From positions 23,724,532 through 23,766,242 of the forward strand of contig NC_057718.1 of NCBI RefSeq assembly GCF_004010195.1: a DNA stretch of 41,711 nucleotides. Reading direction: 5' to 3'. The stretch comes from Chiloscyllium plagiosum (Eukaryota). A program made the translations under genes and the position numbers. This document shows positions 1-11,609 of the stretch, piece by piece (positions within the stretch are counted from its first letter, which is position 1; each line of letters begins with the position of its first letter). The notes below the pieces were generated by a model, which was not told the DNA's origin, ran no database searches, and saw only the letters and a list, made by a program, of their open reading frames with translations.

Positions 1-19
1 CACTTACCTTAACAAGAAA

Positions 20-165
20 ACAATGATGAACTTGCAGATGAGTGAATAACTGACAAATGAATTTCAACACAGACAGAGGTCAGATGTATTATTTTAATGA
101 GAGAAATAAAATGGGTAGGTCTTAGAAAATAGGAATCTGAGGGGGCTAGAGAGGCTAAGAGATCT
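20..165 (+). mobile_element. Highly degenerate CR1 LINE RT fragment
   Basis: gcagatgagtgaataactgacaaatgaatttcaacacagacag...tattattttaatgagaga resembles the CR1 'WADKWQMKFNxxKCEV' region; appears to continue at ~720. Confidence 0.4.
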
Positions 166-167
166 GG

Positions 168-682
168 AGTGGAATTTTATCCCCACTGACAGATTTGAAA
201 TCTGGGTGTGCAGGGGTACGTTCAAACATTAATGACCATTTAAATACCTTATCCTGTCCCTGTCACTCTCTTCCTTACAGGGGGTGTAGGGTTGGGTGTG
301 GTGGTTGCGGGAGTGGGGGTGAGGGGGAGGGGTGTGGTCCAGCAGCTTTAGCTGTAAGGGCTTGTGTCAGGTGAGAAGGGGACCTCTTTTGAGATTCCCC
401 TATTCCCATCAGAGTAAACACCCACCCAAGGTTCTTTCATGACAACCTCTCCCATTCAGACCCCTAGAATGCCAATCTCCTCACTGATAGCCTGGACTTA
501 CCTTTAATACACCCTTCATTTTCTCCTATTGTTCAAAAACCAACTGCAATCCCAGCAGGGGCAGAATATCTTGCCCTCTGTCAGTTAATGCCTGACAAAT
601 GTTAAAGGCCTGCCATGCAGCCAGTATCAATGGGGATACATTCCCTGCAACATCTATGGATCGGGAGTGTGAAAACTTGCCA
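168..682. mobile_element. Possible non-autonomous TIR element interrupting the CR1
   Basis: Starts gtggaattttat and ends gtgaaaacttgcc (weak inverted termini); a similar start (ggatggaatttctcc) occurs at ~21784. Confidence 0.25.
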
Positions 683-719
683 TCGAGAAATTCCTGTCAC
701 AAATTGTTAAAATAACAAA

Positions 720-1455
720 GGGAATGAGTAGAGCTATGGAAAAGAAAACAACCCAAGCTCTAGAGTTTATTTTTAGGAAAAGAGAATTGATGAATAGAGT
801 GGTATGCATGCTATGCTTCTATCAAATTTTGGTTTGACCATTGTAGGAGAACTCAAGACAATCCTTCCTGACCATCATCTTATTTTACTGGTCAGTGCAT
901 TGCGTATGGGAGTTGGGATGTCATGTTGTGGCTGTACAGGACATTGGTTGGGTCACTTTAGGAATGCTGCGTACAATTCTGGTCACCTGCTATAAGAAAG
1001 ATTTACAAGGATATTGCCAGGGTTGGAGTGTTTGAGCTATAGGGAGAGGTTGAATAGTCTGGATTTATTTTCCTTGGAGCATTGGAGGCTGAGGGGTAAC
1101 CTTATAGAGATTTATAAAATCATGAGGGGCCTGTACAAGGTGAATAAGCAAGGTCTTTTTCCCAAGTTAGGTGAGTCCAAAACTAGAGGGCATAGGTTTA
1201 AGGTACAAGGAAAAATTTAAAAGGGAACTAAGGGGCAACTTTTTCACACAGAGGCTGGTGCATGTATGTAATGAGCTGCCAGAGGAGGTGGTGAAGGCTG
1301 GTACAATTGCAACATTTAAAAGGTATCTGGATGGGTATATGAATAGAAGGGGTTTAGAGGGATATAAGCCAAGTGCTAGCAAATGGGACTTGATCAGTTT
1401 AAGATATCTAGTCAGCATGGATGACTGTCTGTTTGTAAGCTGTATAACTCTGCCT
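720..1455 (+). mobile_element. CR1 LINE 3' end (RT C-terminus and 3'UTR), 5'-truncated and frameshifted
   Basis: Peptides PGLECLSYRERLNSLDLFSLEHWRLRGNLIEIYKIMRG and TRGHRFK...RGNFFTQRLV..NELPEEVV..TIATFKRYLD are typical of the CR1 ORF2 C-terminus. Confidence 0.9.
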
Positions 1456-1459
1456 TTAT

Positions 1460-1610
1460 GACACTACCCTGAGAAACCCCTGCAGAGATGTCCTGGAGAT
1501 GAGATGACTGAACTTCAACAATTGCAGCCATCTTCCTATGTGGCAGATGTGACTCAAACCAGAGGATAGTTTGCCCCCGATTCCCATTGATCCTTGTGGC
1601 GATCTTTCCC
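1460..1610 (-). mobile_element. CR1/L2-group LINE RT fragment (second LINE family)
   Basis: Minus frame GQTILWFESHLPHRKMAAIV..QSSHLQDISAGVSQGSV matches the RT 'WLESYL..R...GVPQGS' motif; same family as 7720-9600 and 37460-38930. Confidence 0.75.
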
Positions 1611-1902
1611 GTGGACCATCCTCTAAGACGCACACTGCCTACATTTCTGGTGGCTGCAAGTGTGCGACCAAGTGATGGTGTTGCATCTTCACAGTCATCC
1701 TCTTCTTGGTGTCCCTTGATGACTTGACAATGAACATGTCCTGAATTATCTGAAAGGTGAAAGGCACTGGGCAAAAGTCATGTCTGAAGTGATGAGATGA
1801 AAAAGAAGATCTTAATCTTCAAAATTTGTTCAGAGGTGGTGGATGTCTCTGACTAGGGAGAATTTATTTCTGATCCCTGATTGCCCTTGGGAAGGGTGGT
1901 AC

Positions 1903-2216
1903 ACACTTTCCTCATTCCTGAATCACATCTAGAACTTTGTGTCTTACACTTGCATCTCAATAAAATAGCAGTCAGGTTCTAGCTATCTCCTTGATATATT
2001 TTGAGGGGGTTTCGTCTGGTCCATAACAACAGAAACAGTCCATTCAGCCCAACACGTCCATGCTGGATATTTATATTTCATTCAGACCTTCTTCTGTCAG
2101 CATAACCCTCTCCCTCACCTGTCTATTTAACTTTCCCTTAAATGGTTCCGAAACGTCGATTCTCCTATTCCTTGTATGCTGCCTGACCTGCTACGCTTTT
2201 CCAGCAACACATTTCC
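1903..2216 (+). mobile_element. Penelope-like 3'-end element (family A) with HHR stem II replaced by a captured inverted segment
   Basis: acactttcctcattcctga...ccgaaacgtcgattctcctattccttgtatgctgcctgacctgct matches copies at 10190, 31164 and 40326; flanked by the 11-bp direct repeat aagggtggtac (1892-1902, 2217-2227). Confidence 0.8.
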
Positions 2217-2584
2217 AAGGGTGGTACTAAGCTGCCTTCATGAATTGCAGCAGTTCAGGTGGTGTGGGTGCATGGAAAGGGCAACAGGTACTTAGGAACA
2301 TCATACATGTAAGGTCCCCTCCAAACCACACAATATGTTTTTAGATATGGGTTAAGGAACCATTTAAGGGAAAGTTAAATAGACAGGTGAGGGAGAGGGT
2401 TATGCTGACAGAAGAAGATCTGAATGAAATATAAATATCCAGCATGGATGTGTTGGGCTGAATGGACTGTTTCTGTTGTTATGGACCAGACGAAACCCCC
2501 TCAAAATATATCAAGGAGATAGCTAGAACCTGACTGCTATTTTATTGAGATGCAAGTGTAAGACACAAAGTTCTAGATGTGATT
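1921..2584. repeat. 229-bp inverted repeat (arms 1921-2149 and 2356-2584, 206-bp spacer)
   Basis: Manual comparison: arms are reverse complements with 2 mismatches (left-arm positions 2056 and 2087). Confidence 0.97.
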
Positions 2585-3443
2585 ACATTACAGTGTGGAA
2601 ACAGGCCCTTCAGCCCAACGCCCAACAAGTCCACACCGACCCACCGAAGCGCAACCCACCCATTCCCCTACATTTACCCCTTTACCTAACACTACGGGCA
2701 ATTTAGCATGGCCAATTCACCTGAATTGCACATCTTTGGACTGTGGGAGGAAACCGGAGCACCCGGAGGAAACCCACGCAGACACGGGGAGAATGTGCAA
2801 ACTCCACACAGTCAGTCGCCTGAGGCGGGAATTGAACCCAGGTCTCCAGCGCTGTGAGGCAGCAGTGCTAACCACTGTGCCACCGTGCCCATTCAATTGA
2901 TCCATATCAAGCTTTAAGCAAAACATACTTTATTCCTACAACACAGTTAAAATAGAAACAAGGAAAGAATTAGCATAGCTTTAACTCTATTGAAGTACTT
3001 GGTTAAATAACATATTATTTTGTTACTAATCACCAACTGTTCCAATAAGGCAGCATCCCATAAACACACCCTTGACAAAAGCAAATTCAGCAAGACAGAT
3101 TTTTCTCACATGCTATTTCCTCCAAGCGAGGAGAAAGGAACACCAAAAGAAGCAATCTAGCAGCATGGAGAGAACTCCAGTTTTTTTGCTGCAGCAGAGA
3201 GAGAACTGTATCTATCAGCTTCAACAGCCAACTCCAAACCCCAACAGAAAGCAAAGCTAAAACCCTGGGTCTGTGTAGCCTGACTCTACCCACTCATGCT
3301 GCTTTTGCCTAAGTTAAAAAGAATCACAGCTTTCAGCTGATTACCCAGTGCTTCCGTTGCAGACATTCCATCATCACTGTGGCAACACCTCTTTGCAAGG
3401 TGAACAGTACAGAACAAATCTCTCTTCAAGGCATAGTATCGTC
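2477..3443. mobile_element. Solo-LTR-like dispersed repeat, split by an HE1 SINE
   Basis: Begins TGTTATGGACCAGAC; colinear similarity to 13371-13991 along its length (e.g. gcaaattcagcaagacaga, ccactcatgctgcttttg, acagaacaaatct); no ORF. Confidence 0.6.
2585..2890 (-). mobile_element. HE1-type tRNA-derived SINE, full length
   Basis: Minus strand: gggcacggtggcacagtggttagcactgctgcctcacagc (A box), gggttcaattccc (B box), V-domain-like tgtgtggagtttgcacattctccccgtgtctgcgtgggtttcctccgggtgctccggtttcctccca, CR1-like tail gaagggcctgtttccacactgtaatg; short duplication att on each side. Confidence 0.92.
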
Positions 3444-3692
3444 CTCTATCTATGTAACTTGATGTTATGGGTGATGGTTAAATAGGCTGAGGTTTGGGAC
3501 ATAGATTCTTGATTAAACAACATTACTGCCAGGAACTTCGTGCATCTACTCTTGACTGGTCTGTATTTGTTTTCCTTAGGAACTGGCATCTGTGTCTTTT
3601 TCATTATTTCCTCTTGCCATTTCAGATCCATTACATTTTCAGTTCTCAAGCCTCTGGCCCATTCTGTCATCCCCATTTTCAAGTCAATTTGT

Positions 3693-3727
3693 CTAGCTAT
3701 TACCATTCTCATTGAAATCCGTGCCTT
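3693..3727 (-). CDS. Candidate terminal coding exon (EGTDFNENGNS*) of an unidentified gene
   Basis: Acceptor ctttatttttgcttAG; phase-1 frame compatible with the 5570-5641 exon; no recognised homology. Confidence 0.25.
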
Positions 3728-3801
3728 CTAAGCAAAAATAAAGCTTCCAGTTAGTAACTGAAAGGTTAACATGACAAGATTTCAAATCTTAAGACTTTCA
3801 T

Positions 3802-4458
3802 TGTAACAAAAAAATGAAAAGCACTGCTGACTAAGCACCACATTTGTAAGCAACTTATTTTTTTAAGCCATAAAACAGAACATTTCCCTTTTGTTTTAAA
3901 CATAACTGAAAAAAAATAATTTTGCTGATATCCTTTACACGGGCCTTTAAATAGTCAATCAGTTCTGTTGGAAAGAGTTTGAGGTGATTCTTAGCTCCTA
4001 ATGATTTATATATTCTCAGCCACAGAACTTCTAATCTCAAGACTGTTCTTCACAGTGAAGTTTCCCCCGAGATTATTTCTCTAGTCCAAGTCTGGTGAAT
4101 CTTCTAACGTAAAACTTTAATTCTTCATGAATTCAGCCTTTTCAGTCTGGGTGTGAGCTCTTGCCTCCATCGTTGCACAGTGAATAATGGAGACTTGCGG
4201 ACTTCAGTTGGTCTCTCTCTCTCACACTCTCACACTCTCACACTCTCACACTCTCACACTCTCACACTCTCACTCTCTCTCCTAGACCGTGGAAGACTAA
4301 CCTTAATATCAGGATTTAGGGCCTTTAATTATCTCTGACAGTTAAACAATCCAAGCTTATTGACAGGTGTGGGAACAGGTCACATGATGCCCTTCATTTT
4401 ACCATAAAATATAAACATTATGATCAACCCATAACCCATATAGATTGCAATTGTAACA
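3802..4458. mobile_element. Solo-LTR-like element (TG...CA termini)
   Basis: Starts TGTAACAA and ends TTGTAACA (7/8 inverted match); no TSD seen. Confidence 0.35.
4213..4281. repeat. (CT)n/(CTCTCACA)n microsatellite
   Basis: Direct reading: ctctctctctcacactctcacactctcacac... Confidence 0.95.
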
Positions 4459-5569
4459 GTGTGAGCGCCTCCTTTTTCCTCTTAACTATTTGAACACTTA
4501 TTGTCCTTTTATCCTGTTTGCCATCTCCATAATAGTTTTATATTACCTACAATCTGTCATTCAGCAATGTGCAAAACATTCGACCAATTAACACATTCCC
4601 TGTTTGTGATCAGACTTTCTCCCTCGTTTCATTTTCTTGCTTTTTTTTTCTGGCTAAAACTCTCACTCAGTTCCTAAATATCAATGATGGCAAAAGCTAC
4701 CTCTACTCTTTATGCTTGCTATCTGACTTGCTGTCTATTTTCAACATTTTTTCAGATCCCCTTAATAATTGAGATTCATATAGTATTTGTCTGCTCAGTA
4801 TGTAATGGTCAGGTCTGGAAGAGCCCACCAGAATCCTTTTAAAAAGAGGGCAGACAAATGCAGGCAGGAGTGACATTTCTCTCCTACTCCACTCCCACCC
4901 CCACTACACAACCACAAAGAGGAAAGTGCAGGCACATCTTAAGCAGATAAGGGTCTAATATGCAAAGTGTTTACAACAGAAGTATTGTGGTATCTGCTCA
5001 GTTATATAGCACAGCGAACCAATGTACAAAGCAAAGCTAAAATGTTCAATCTTGTATCACACAATTCAAGTTTCCAAAATGAACGTTTGCCTTGTATTGT
5101 TTACATGGCACACAATCACATTAGCTATATAGCACAGTGAGTTTAAACAGTAACTGAGAGATAGTTTTGGTGCTGGCCTTTAATGGAATCAGTGTGAAAG
5201 TAAGTGTTCTCTGATAATGTCAATAAAGAAATGTTCCCATAACTGTCTTGAACCTTTCATGGAATGTCTCCCTGTTCTGTGTTAAAACTATCTTGTACAG
5301 CTGCTCTAATTATTGACAGTAAGGTGTATTATTAATCACATCAACTTGCAGTTCTGATAATATTCTGCATCACAGCAACGCTTTAACCAATGCAGGACTT
5401 TCAGTTTGAACTGTGAACTGTCTTGTGGACAGTCTTTTCCTTGAGGGACAGTTGAAGCTATAGACAATGACTGCTTCATAACTTCAACAGAAACCTAGAG
5501 CATATTTTCAAAGTGCAGTGAACTTGCATTAACCCATAGACGTAGAAACTTGTCATGTTTATAACTCAC

Positions 5570-5641
5570 CTTCTGTTGGGTATGCTGTGTTTCCCTCATT
5601 TACGTTGTTTCCAGTCCATGCCCATTTATCCATGTGCTTCT
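5570..5641 (-). CDS. Candidate 72-bp internal exon (xKHMDKWAWTGNNVNEGNTAYPTE), unidentified gene
   Basis: Acceptor tgccctttcAG, donor AG|GTGAGT, length a multiple of 3, only the symmetric phase 1-1 frame is open, non-repetitive context. Confidence 0.45.
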
Positions 5642-5764
5642 CTGAAAGGGCAAGCATATTAGTGAAAAAGCACTCATCAATTCTACTTTTTCTGTAGGGA
5701 GGAGGGGAATGACCGTAAAACCTCAAGTCATGAACCGTTTTATCCTATTGTTATTCTGTGTAAG

Positions 5765-6105
5765 AACAACTCCAATTTAAATAGTGCCTTTAACATTATC
5801 CCAACACGCTTCACAGTAGTATTATAAAATGAAACTTGACACTGAGTACAAAAGGAGATATTGAAGATCAGATGATCAAAATATTGTTCAAGAGATAAGT
5901 TTTAACAAGCTTCTTAAAGAAGGAATGTAAGATGGGCAGGTTTAATGAACATATTCCAGAGTTAAGTGCCTAGGCATCTGAACGCAGAGGCACCAATTGT
6001 AAAGAGATTAAAAGCGGACATTCAAGAGGCCAGAATGGGGGATGCAAATCCCCAAATTAAAACCAAGGATGGAATAATTTAAAACCACTCTATTGCTTGA
6101 CCAGT
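5765..6105 (-). mobile_element. L2-type LINE 3' end fragment
   Basis: aacaactccaatttaaatagtgcctttaac...cttaaagaagg...attccagagttaagtgcctaggcatctgaa resembles an inverted L2 tail; similar pieces at 19105-19500 (-), 18735-18950 (+) and 34730-35335 (+). Confidence 0.55.
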
Positions 6106-6799
6106 GCAAATACACAATGATGCATTTAAAGTGTTTTTGAAGGAATCCAGACAAATGTGGTTACAAGTGCGATTCAGCCCAGGCTTCTAAAAAAGAGCAC
6201 AGTATTCCATTCTGGTCAAACAATAACAACTTACACTTACTTGGCACTTTTAACTTACTACAACGTATCACAGTGCTTCATAAGAGTGATAAATTATGCC
6301 CCTTGCACATTTTAAACATAAATGAACAGTGCAAAAGGGAGAAACAGATACTTGCCTGAAAGAGGGGTCAAATTACAGATGATCCCAAGCATTTTGAGCA
6401 TCCTGGGTATTTATAACACACTTGAACTGGAAAATCTGGCTTTTTCCTTTCTAATAAAAATTGTTTTTTCCTAAACATTTTATTTCCAAAGTTACTTGCG
6501 TTCCTTTTTCTTTCCCTTGACTCGTCCCCTCATGTCAAACACTAACAATGCGATGCACTCTCCGGTCCGAGACAGCTTGGGAACATTCCCAGGAGATGTC
6601 ACAAAAAAGCCTGTGATGACCCCCTCCAAACCTCCTGTCCAAGGCATAGATGTTGCACTACACCTTCAGGGAACCTTCTGAAAGATCCAGATTCCATGGA
6701 AGCCCAGGGCTCTATTCTTAATTGTACTTGGGCATTTTTGTCTTCCATGCTTAGATATGTTCTAGATTTTGCATAAACCTTTGTTCAGCAATGTTATTA

Positions 6800-6875
6800 C
6801 ACACCATTGGAGCAGATGGGATTTGAATGCAGACCTCCTGGCTCAAAGGTCAGGATAGTACCATGGCACCATAAG
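6800..6875 (-). mobile_element. Short tRNA-head SINE fragment
   Basis: Minus cttatggtgccatggtactatcctgacctttgagccaggaggtctgcattcaaatcccatctgctcca; related to 12041-12375, 27860-27975 and 39945-40010. Confidence 0.55.
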
Positions 6876-7361
6876 AACAATCTTTTAAATAACTTATAAA
6901 CAAGTAGCAGTTTGGTGTATTTGGAAAGCCACTTTGAAATGCCCAGGTAAAAATGACTGCCAGGTAATGTTTCCTCTCCCATCATCCTGACCCCAGTTTA
7001 AATTATTGAATGTTTCATTAGTAGTATCCTGAGTCTGGAATGTTCGGGGTGAGTGATAGAAGAAGCTCCCAATACAAATGTAGGGAGTTTGCACAATGCT
7101 GGATTAATATACAAATGCATTAATGCTCATTAATTGCATAAACAATGAAGGAAGGTTTACATTGTATTCCAGCAACCCTTTCAAAACATTATTTCGTTTC
7201 TCTGCCAGGACCTCTTTTTTTCCAGTCGGTGGTTCATCAAACAAATTGCTTTCCCATTGACTTAGGACCTCCACAATGGCTCATAGCAAACATATAGTAA
7301 AACATCTCCTGTTCTTGCATCTCTTCCCAATTTTATTTTGGTGACAATCAGCACAAACTGT

Positions 7362-7715
7362 TTGCCGTGGCTGAGTTAGTACGGTTCTTGCCATTCAGTC
7401 AGGTGGATGTAGGTTCTAAATCCTCCTCCAAGCCTTGACCAACACAATCAAGGTTAACACTCCAGTATAGTTCTGAGGGAGGGCTGCACTGATAGACATG
7501 CTGTCTTTTGGATGAAATGCTAAAGAACAGGCCTGTTTGTCCCTTCAGGTGAATGTCAAAACATTCCGCACCACTCTTTTGAAAAAGAGCAGATGTGTTA
7601 TCCTGAGCAACTATCTATCCCTCAAGCAACATCTCATAAGCTGATGATGGTGTCAAGATTGTTTTGCTGTTTCTGTACAATTGATGTGCACAAACTGGTA
7701 GTGATGTTTAAATGC
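7362..7715 (+). mobile_element. Deu-domain SINE (SacSINE1/AmnSINE-like)
   Basis: tRNA-like head gccgtggctgagttagt...ggttctaaatcc, then Deu-like core ggatgaaatgctaaagaacaggcctgtttgtcccttcaggtgaatgtcaaaa...gaaaaagagcag...tatccctcaagcaac. Confidence 0.7.
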
Positions 7716-7719
7716 CTCC

Positions 7720-9600
7720 TGAAGTAGTCTAGCAAGCCACTCAGCCATGTCAAATCACTACAATATCTAAAAATAATAAACCTGGATGGACCAGCTGGTA
7801 TTAACCTACTGACAGTGGCAAACCCAACCCCCGAACCCTAAACCGCCCATTTTACTCGCATCTGGGGAACCAGTGCCAAAATTGGATGAGCTGTTCCATA
7901 AACGAGTCAAGTAACAGGCTGAGATGGTCAGAGTCCCAGAATCATACTTTCTCCACAATATCCCCAACCACACCATCACCATCCCTGGAAGGATCCACCA
8001 GGTGTGGTGGCTTGGCATATACAGTCAGGAGGGGATTACCCTGGGAGTCCTCAACATTTGGGCATCATGGCATTAGATCACACACAAGCAAAGAAACCTC
8101 CTGCTGATTTCCACTTGCTCCCTCCCAACTTTTTGGCGGATGGATCAGTACTCATTCACATTGGACACCAACTGGAAGAAACAATGAGGATGACAAGAGC
8201 ACTGAATATACCCTAGATGGGAAAACACCAAAACTGGCTCCATAGCAGCACTACTGATTGAACAAGTTGAATCCAAAAGGATGTAGCTGCTAGGCTGGGT
8301 ATGCAACTGTTCAAAAAGAGAGAAAAACGTACCTGACCCGTCCTTACCAAACTACCTTTTGCAGATGCATCGGTCCGTGCTGCATCGTTCTGCGGAGATG
8401 AAGCCCAGTCTTCACAATGAAGATGTACTTCATCTTGCTGTGCGGCATGTCTACCATGCTGAGTCAGATAAAGTTTAATCAGATCTACAACTCAAAACTA
8501 TGCATCTATAAGACCTGTTGGTAATCTTCAATGAAAGAAGTATTTTCTACCATAATCTCTAACCTCATGACTGAGCATAACTCCTCAATTCCACAGTTAC
8601 TATCAAACTGGGGATCAAACTTGATTTAATGGAGCATGCTGGAGGACATATCATGAGCAGCACCTGCCATATCAAAAATGAGGTGTCAATCTGCTGAAGC
8701 TACAACACAGGATTACCTACACATCAAACAGCAGATGTAGCTCATAATAGGCAGGACTAAGGGATCCCATAACAAATGCATTAAATCTAAATATCTGCCA
8801 TGTCCTAACTCTTATTTAAACAACTCATTGGAGGAGGATGTATCACAAATATCTAGACCCTCAATGAAAGGGAAGATCAACGTGTCAGTGCAAAAGGTAA
8901 GTTTGAAGCGTTTGTATCCATCTTCAACCAGAAGCGCCCAGAGGACTTTTCAATTTGACCTTCTCCTGAGGTCCTCAGCATTCCAGATGCCAGTTTTCAA
9001 TTTGATTCATTTCCAATATTATTAAGAAATGAATGAAAGCTAGAGACAACAGTTACAAAGCTTGTCCTGCCTGGCAATGTTGTAAATTGCTGGGGTATGC
9101 CATGCACAAAAATTAAAACAAATCCAATCGGACCAATTACTGCACTATCAGTGCATTCGTGATCATTAGCAAAGTGATGGGAGACTTCATTGACATTGGT
9201 CAAATATAGATAAAAAAACTGAATTCCAGAAATGAGATAAGAAAGGCATTAATTTGATCAGGTACAGCATCAAGGAGCCCCAGCAATAACTGAAATCAAT
9301 AGGAGTCAAGTGGGACTTATCTTTACTGGTTGGAGTATTACCTCGCACAAAGGAAGATGTTTGTGGTAAAGGAGCACTAACCATCTCAGTCCCAGAACAT
9401 CACTACACAGGCTCTTCAGCACAGTGTTCAAATATCTTCAGCTACTTCATCAATGACTTTCCCTCCATCATAAGCTCACAAGTGAGAATGTTTGCTGTTA
9501 ATTGTATGATGTTTGACACCACTCGCAACTCCTCAGATACTGAAGCAGACTGTCTCGATATGTAGCAAGAGTGGGACAACATCACAGCTTGAACTGCTAA
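7720..9600 (+). mobile_element. Degenerate CR1/L2-group LINE ORF2 (APE endonuclease to RT)
   Basis: Remnants resembling 'IxGLVPKLxEL...ESY...TITIPG' (APE start ~7860), 'NPxGPI..LS..SKVME' (~9120) and 'FSYFINDFPSIISSQVRMFA' (RT, ~9435); many stops and frameshifts. Confidence 0.75.
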
Positions 9601-9779
9601 GATTTCCAGCACACTCGCCCAGTGAGGTATAACGTAGTGATTCTCAACCTGTTCCCTTCAGCAGTTTCCTTTCATGTTGTAAGAATTCACCAAACTGCTT
9701 TCAAACAATGCAACCTTTTTTTCTGTATGTGGATATAATAATCTAAGAAATAGAGCTGAAGTAGACCACCAAACCACAC

Positions 9780-10278
9780 CCACCAAACAACTCCACTGCC
9801 CTATGGCTGACCACTTCAACTCCCCTTCCCACTCTGCCAAGGACATGCAAGTCCTGGACAACCTCCCCTGCCAAATCCTAGGCACCCGACGACTGGAGAA
9901 AGAACACCTCACCTTCTGCCTTGAGATCCGCCAACCACACAGCATCAATGTTGACTTCACCAGTTTCCTTATCTCCCCTCCCCCCACCTCATCCCAGATC
10001 CGACCCTCCAACTCTCCACTGCCTTTTGAACTGTCCTACTTGTCCATCTTCCTTCCCACCTATCTGCTTCACCCTCCCCTCTGACCTATCACTATCACCC
10101 CCCTCCACCTGCATCTGCATATTGCCTTCCCACCAACTTGCCTCCACCGTCCCATTTATCTCTCAAATCCCTTCCCCCCACCAAAATTCCTGATGAAGGG
10201 CTTATGCCGAAACGTCGATTCTCCTGCTCCTCGGATGCTGCCTGAATTGCTGTGCTTTTCCAGCGCCACACTTCTCAG
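9780..10278 (+). mobile_element. Penelope-like element 3' part: GIY-YIG C-terminus plus HHR-bearing tail (family A)
   Basis: HFNSPSHSAKDMQVL...TRRLEKEHLTFCLEIRQPHSINVDFTSF resembles the PLE endonuclease C-terminus (HF...E..LI..L....P.GxN); nested in an inverted CR1 tail (~9740-10490). Confidence 0.85.
10186..10222 (+). ncRNA. Minimal hammerhead ribozyme-like motif (family A)
   Basis: CTGATGA-aggGC-ttat-GCC-GAAA-CGTC; palindromic ACGT stem III, GUC triplet; stem I weak. Confidence 0.65.
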
Positions 10279-10496
10279 CATCAAAGAGATGAGAGAACAA
10301 AATCCATTGCAATCTTTAACATATTCAACAACGGAGCATCCACAAGCTTCTGAGGTAGACAATTCCAAAGATTCACAGCTCATTGAGTGAAGAAATTTCT
10401 GCTTATCCTAGCCCTACATGAACACCCTTTGCGTTTCCATGACGATGGAAGCAGCCTGTTCGTGCCTGGCCTGTCAAGCCCCTTCAGAATCATAAG

Positions 10497-10618
10497 CAAA
10501 CTATTGCAGATGCTGGCAATCTGAAATAAATACAGGAAGTATGGGAAAAATTCAGCAGGTCTGCAGAGAGAAACAGTTAATGTTTTGAATCGATTATGAT
10601 TCTTCTTTGGAACTGGAG
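10497..10618 (-). mobile_element. Degenerate PLE-like 3'-end element (family D)
   Basis: gcagatgctggcaatctgaaataaa...cagcaggtc...gagagaaacagttaatgttttg...ttcttc; related copies at ~26020-26103 and ~38380-38465. Confidence 0.5.
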
Positions 10619-10779
10619 GAAGGTATAAATGTGATGGATTTTATACACTGGAAGTGGGGGCAGGAAGTGATACTAGGAAAAGCAACACATTTTATTGGAG
10701 CATGTGAGCCAAGTTATAGGAGAAACTATTCAATTGGAGAACATGATGGAACAGGGTGAGTCATGAATGGGAACTCTAT

Positions 10780-11590
10780 TCAAGTCTGAGCTTATGATGG
10801 AGGGAAAGTCATTGATGAAGCAGCTGAAGATGTTTGAACGCAGTGCTGAAGAGCCTGTGTAGTGATGTAGTGCCTAATAACTACAATCACCTTCCTTTGT
10901 GCAAGGTAATACTCCAACCAGTAGAAATATTTCCACTTGACTTCCATTGACTCCAGACCTATATTCAAGGAAGAAACAGAAACCTTCAGACTGCCCTAAT
11001 GGAGGAGCTGGAGATGTAGAGATTAAGTTCACGGAAAGTAAAGAGGAGCAATTAAGAAACTGTAAATTGTTAAAACAATGGAGAGCAACAGAAGGGTCAT
11101 AGAATCAAATGGAAGAGACTGGAGAAAAGGAGAAAAAAATAGAGTTAAAATATAAGGAACAAAATTCAATGGAGCAAGAGCAAATGGCAATGCTGTTCCA
11201 CATGGACATTCCTGTTGTGGACTTTGGTGGGTAGGTGCTTGAGGTTGGGGGACTATGAGGAGGGAACATTGTGGAGAGAAGCTCTGTAGAGGATGTGAGG
11301 TTAGTGAAAGCCTGGAAAGGGTGGTTTGATACTCAGCAGTGGTCCTGTGAGTGTTGTTGAAGCTGCATTCATCCAGGTAAATGGACAGAGTTCCATCAGA
11401 CTCTTGACTTAGAGGGTATGCAGGCTTTAGGAAGACAGAAGTAAATTGCTACCCTCACAATTCCCAGGTGTTGACCTGCCTTGGTGGCGATAGTAATTAT
11501 TTGGGTGTTTAGTTAAGTTTCTGGCGATCCCCAGGATGTTGAGGGTTGGTATTGTCAGTGAATGACAAGAGGCGGGGGTAGGGACTGTGG
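10780..11590 (-). mobile_element. Scattered fragments of the second LINE family
   Basis: gatggagggaaagtcattgatgaagcagctgaaga is shared with 37760-37795; further pieces at ~11280-11590. Confidence 0.55.
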
Positions 11591-11609
11591 TTAAACTATA
11601 TCTTACTAG

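Noticed and set aside
1921..2584. 229-bp arms as terminal inverted repeats of a DNA transposon
   Set aside because: No TSD around the pair. The arm is a mosaic of two older repeats, and the left arm sits inside a separately TSD-bounded element.
2595..2926. ORFs of 101 and 69 aa; tRNA-like A/B boxes
   Set aside because: Both frames overlie an HE1 SINE; the head is tRNA-derived but no complete cloverleaf is evident.
6490..6690. Short open frames on both strands in unique-looking sequence
   Set aside because: No consistent acceptor/donor pair in an open frame and no recognisable motif.
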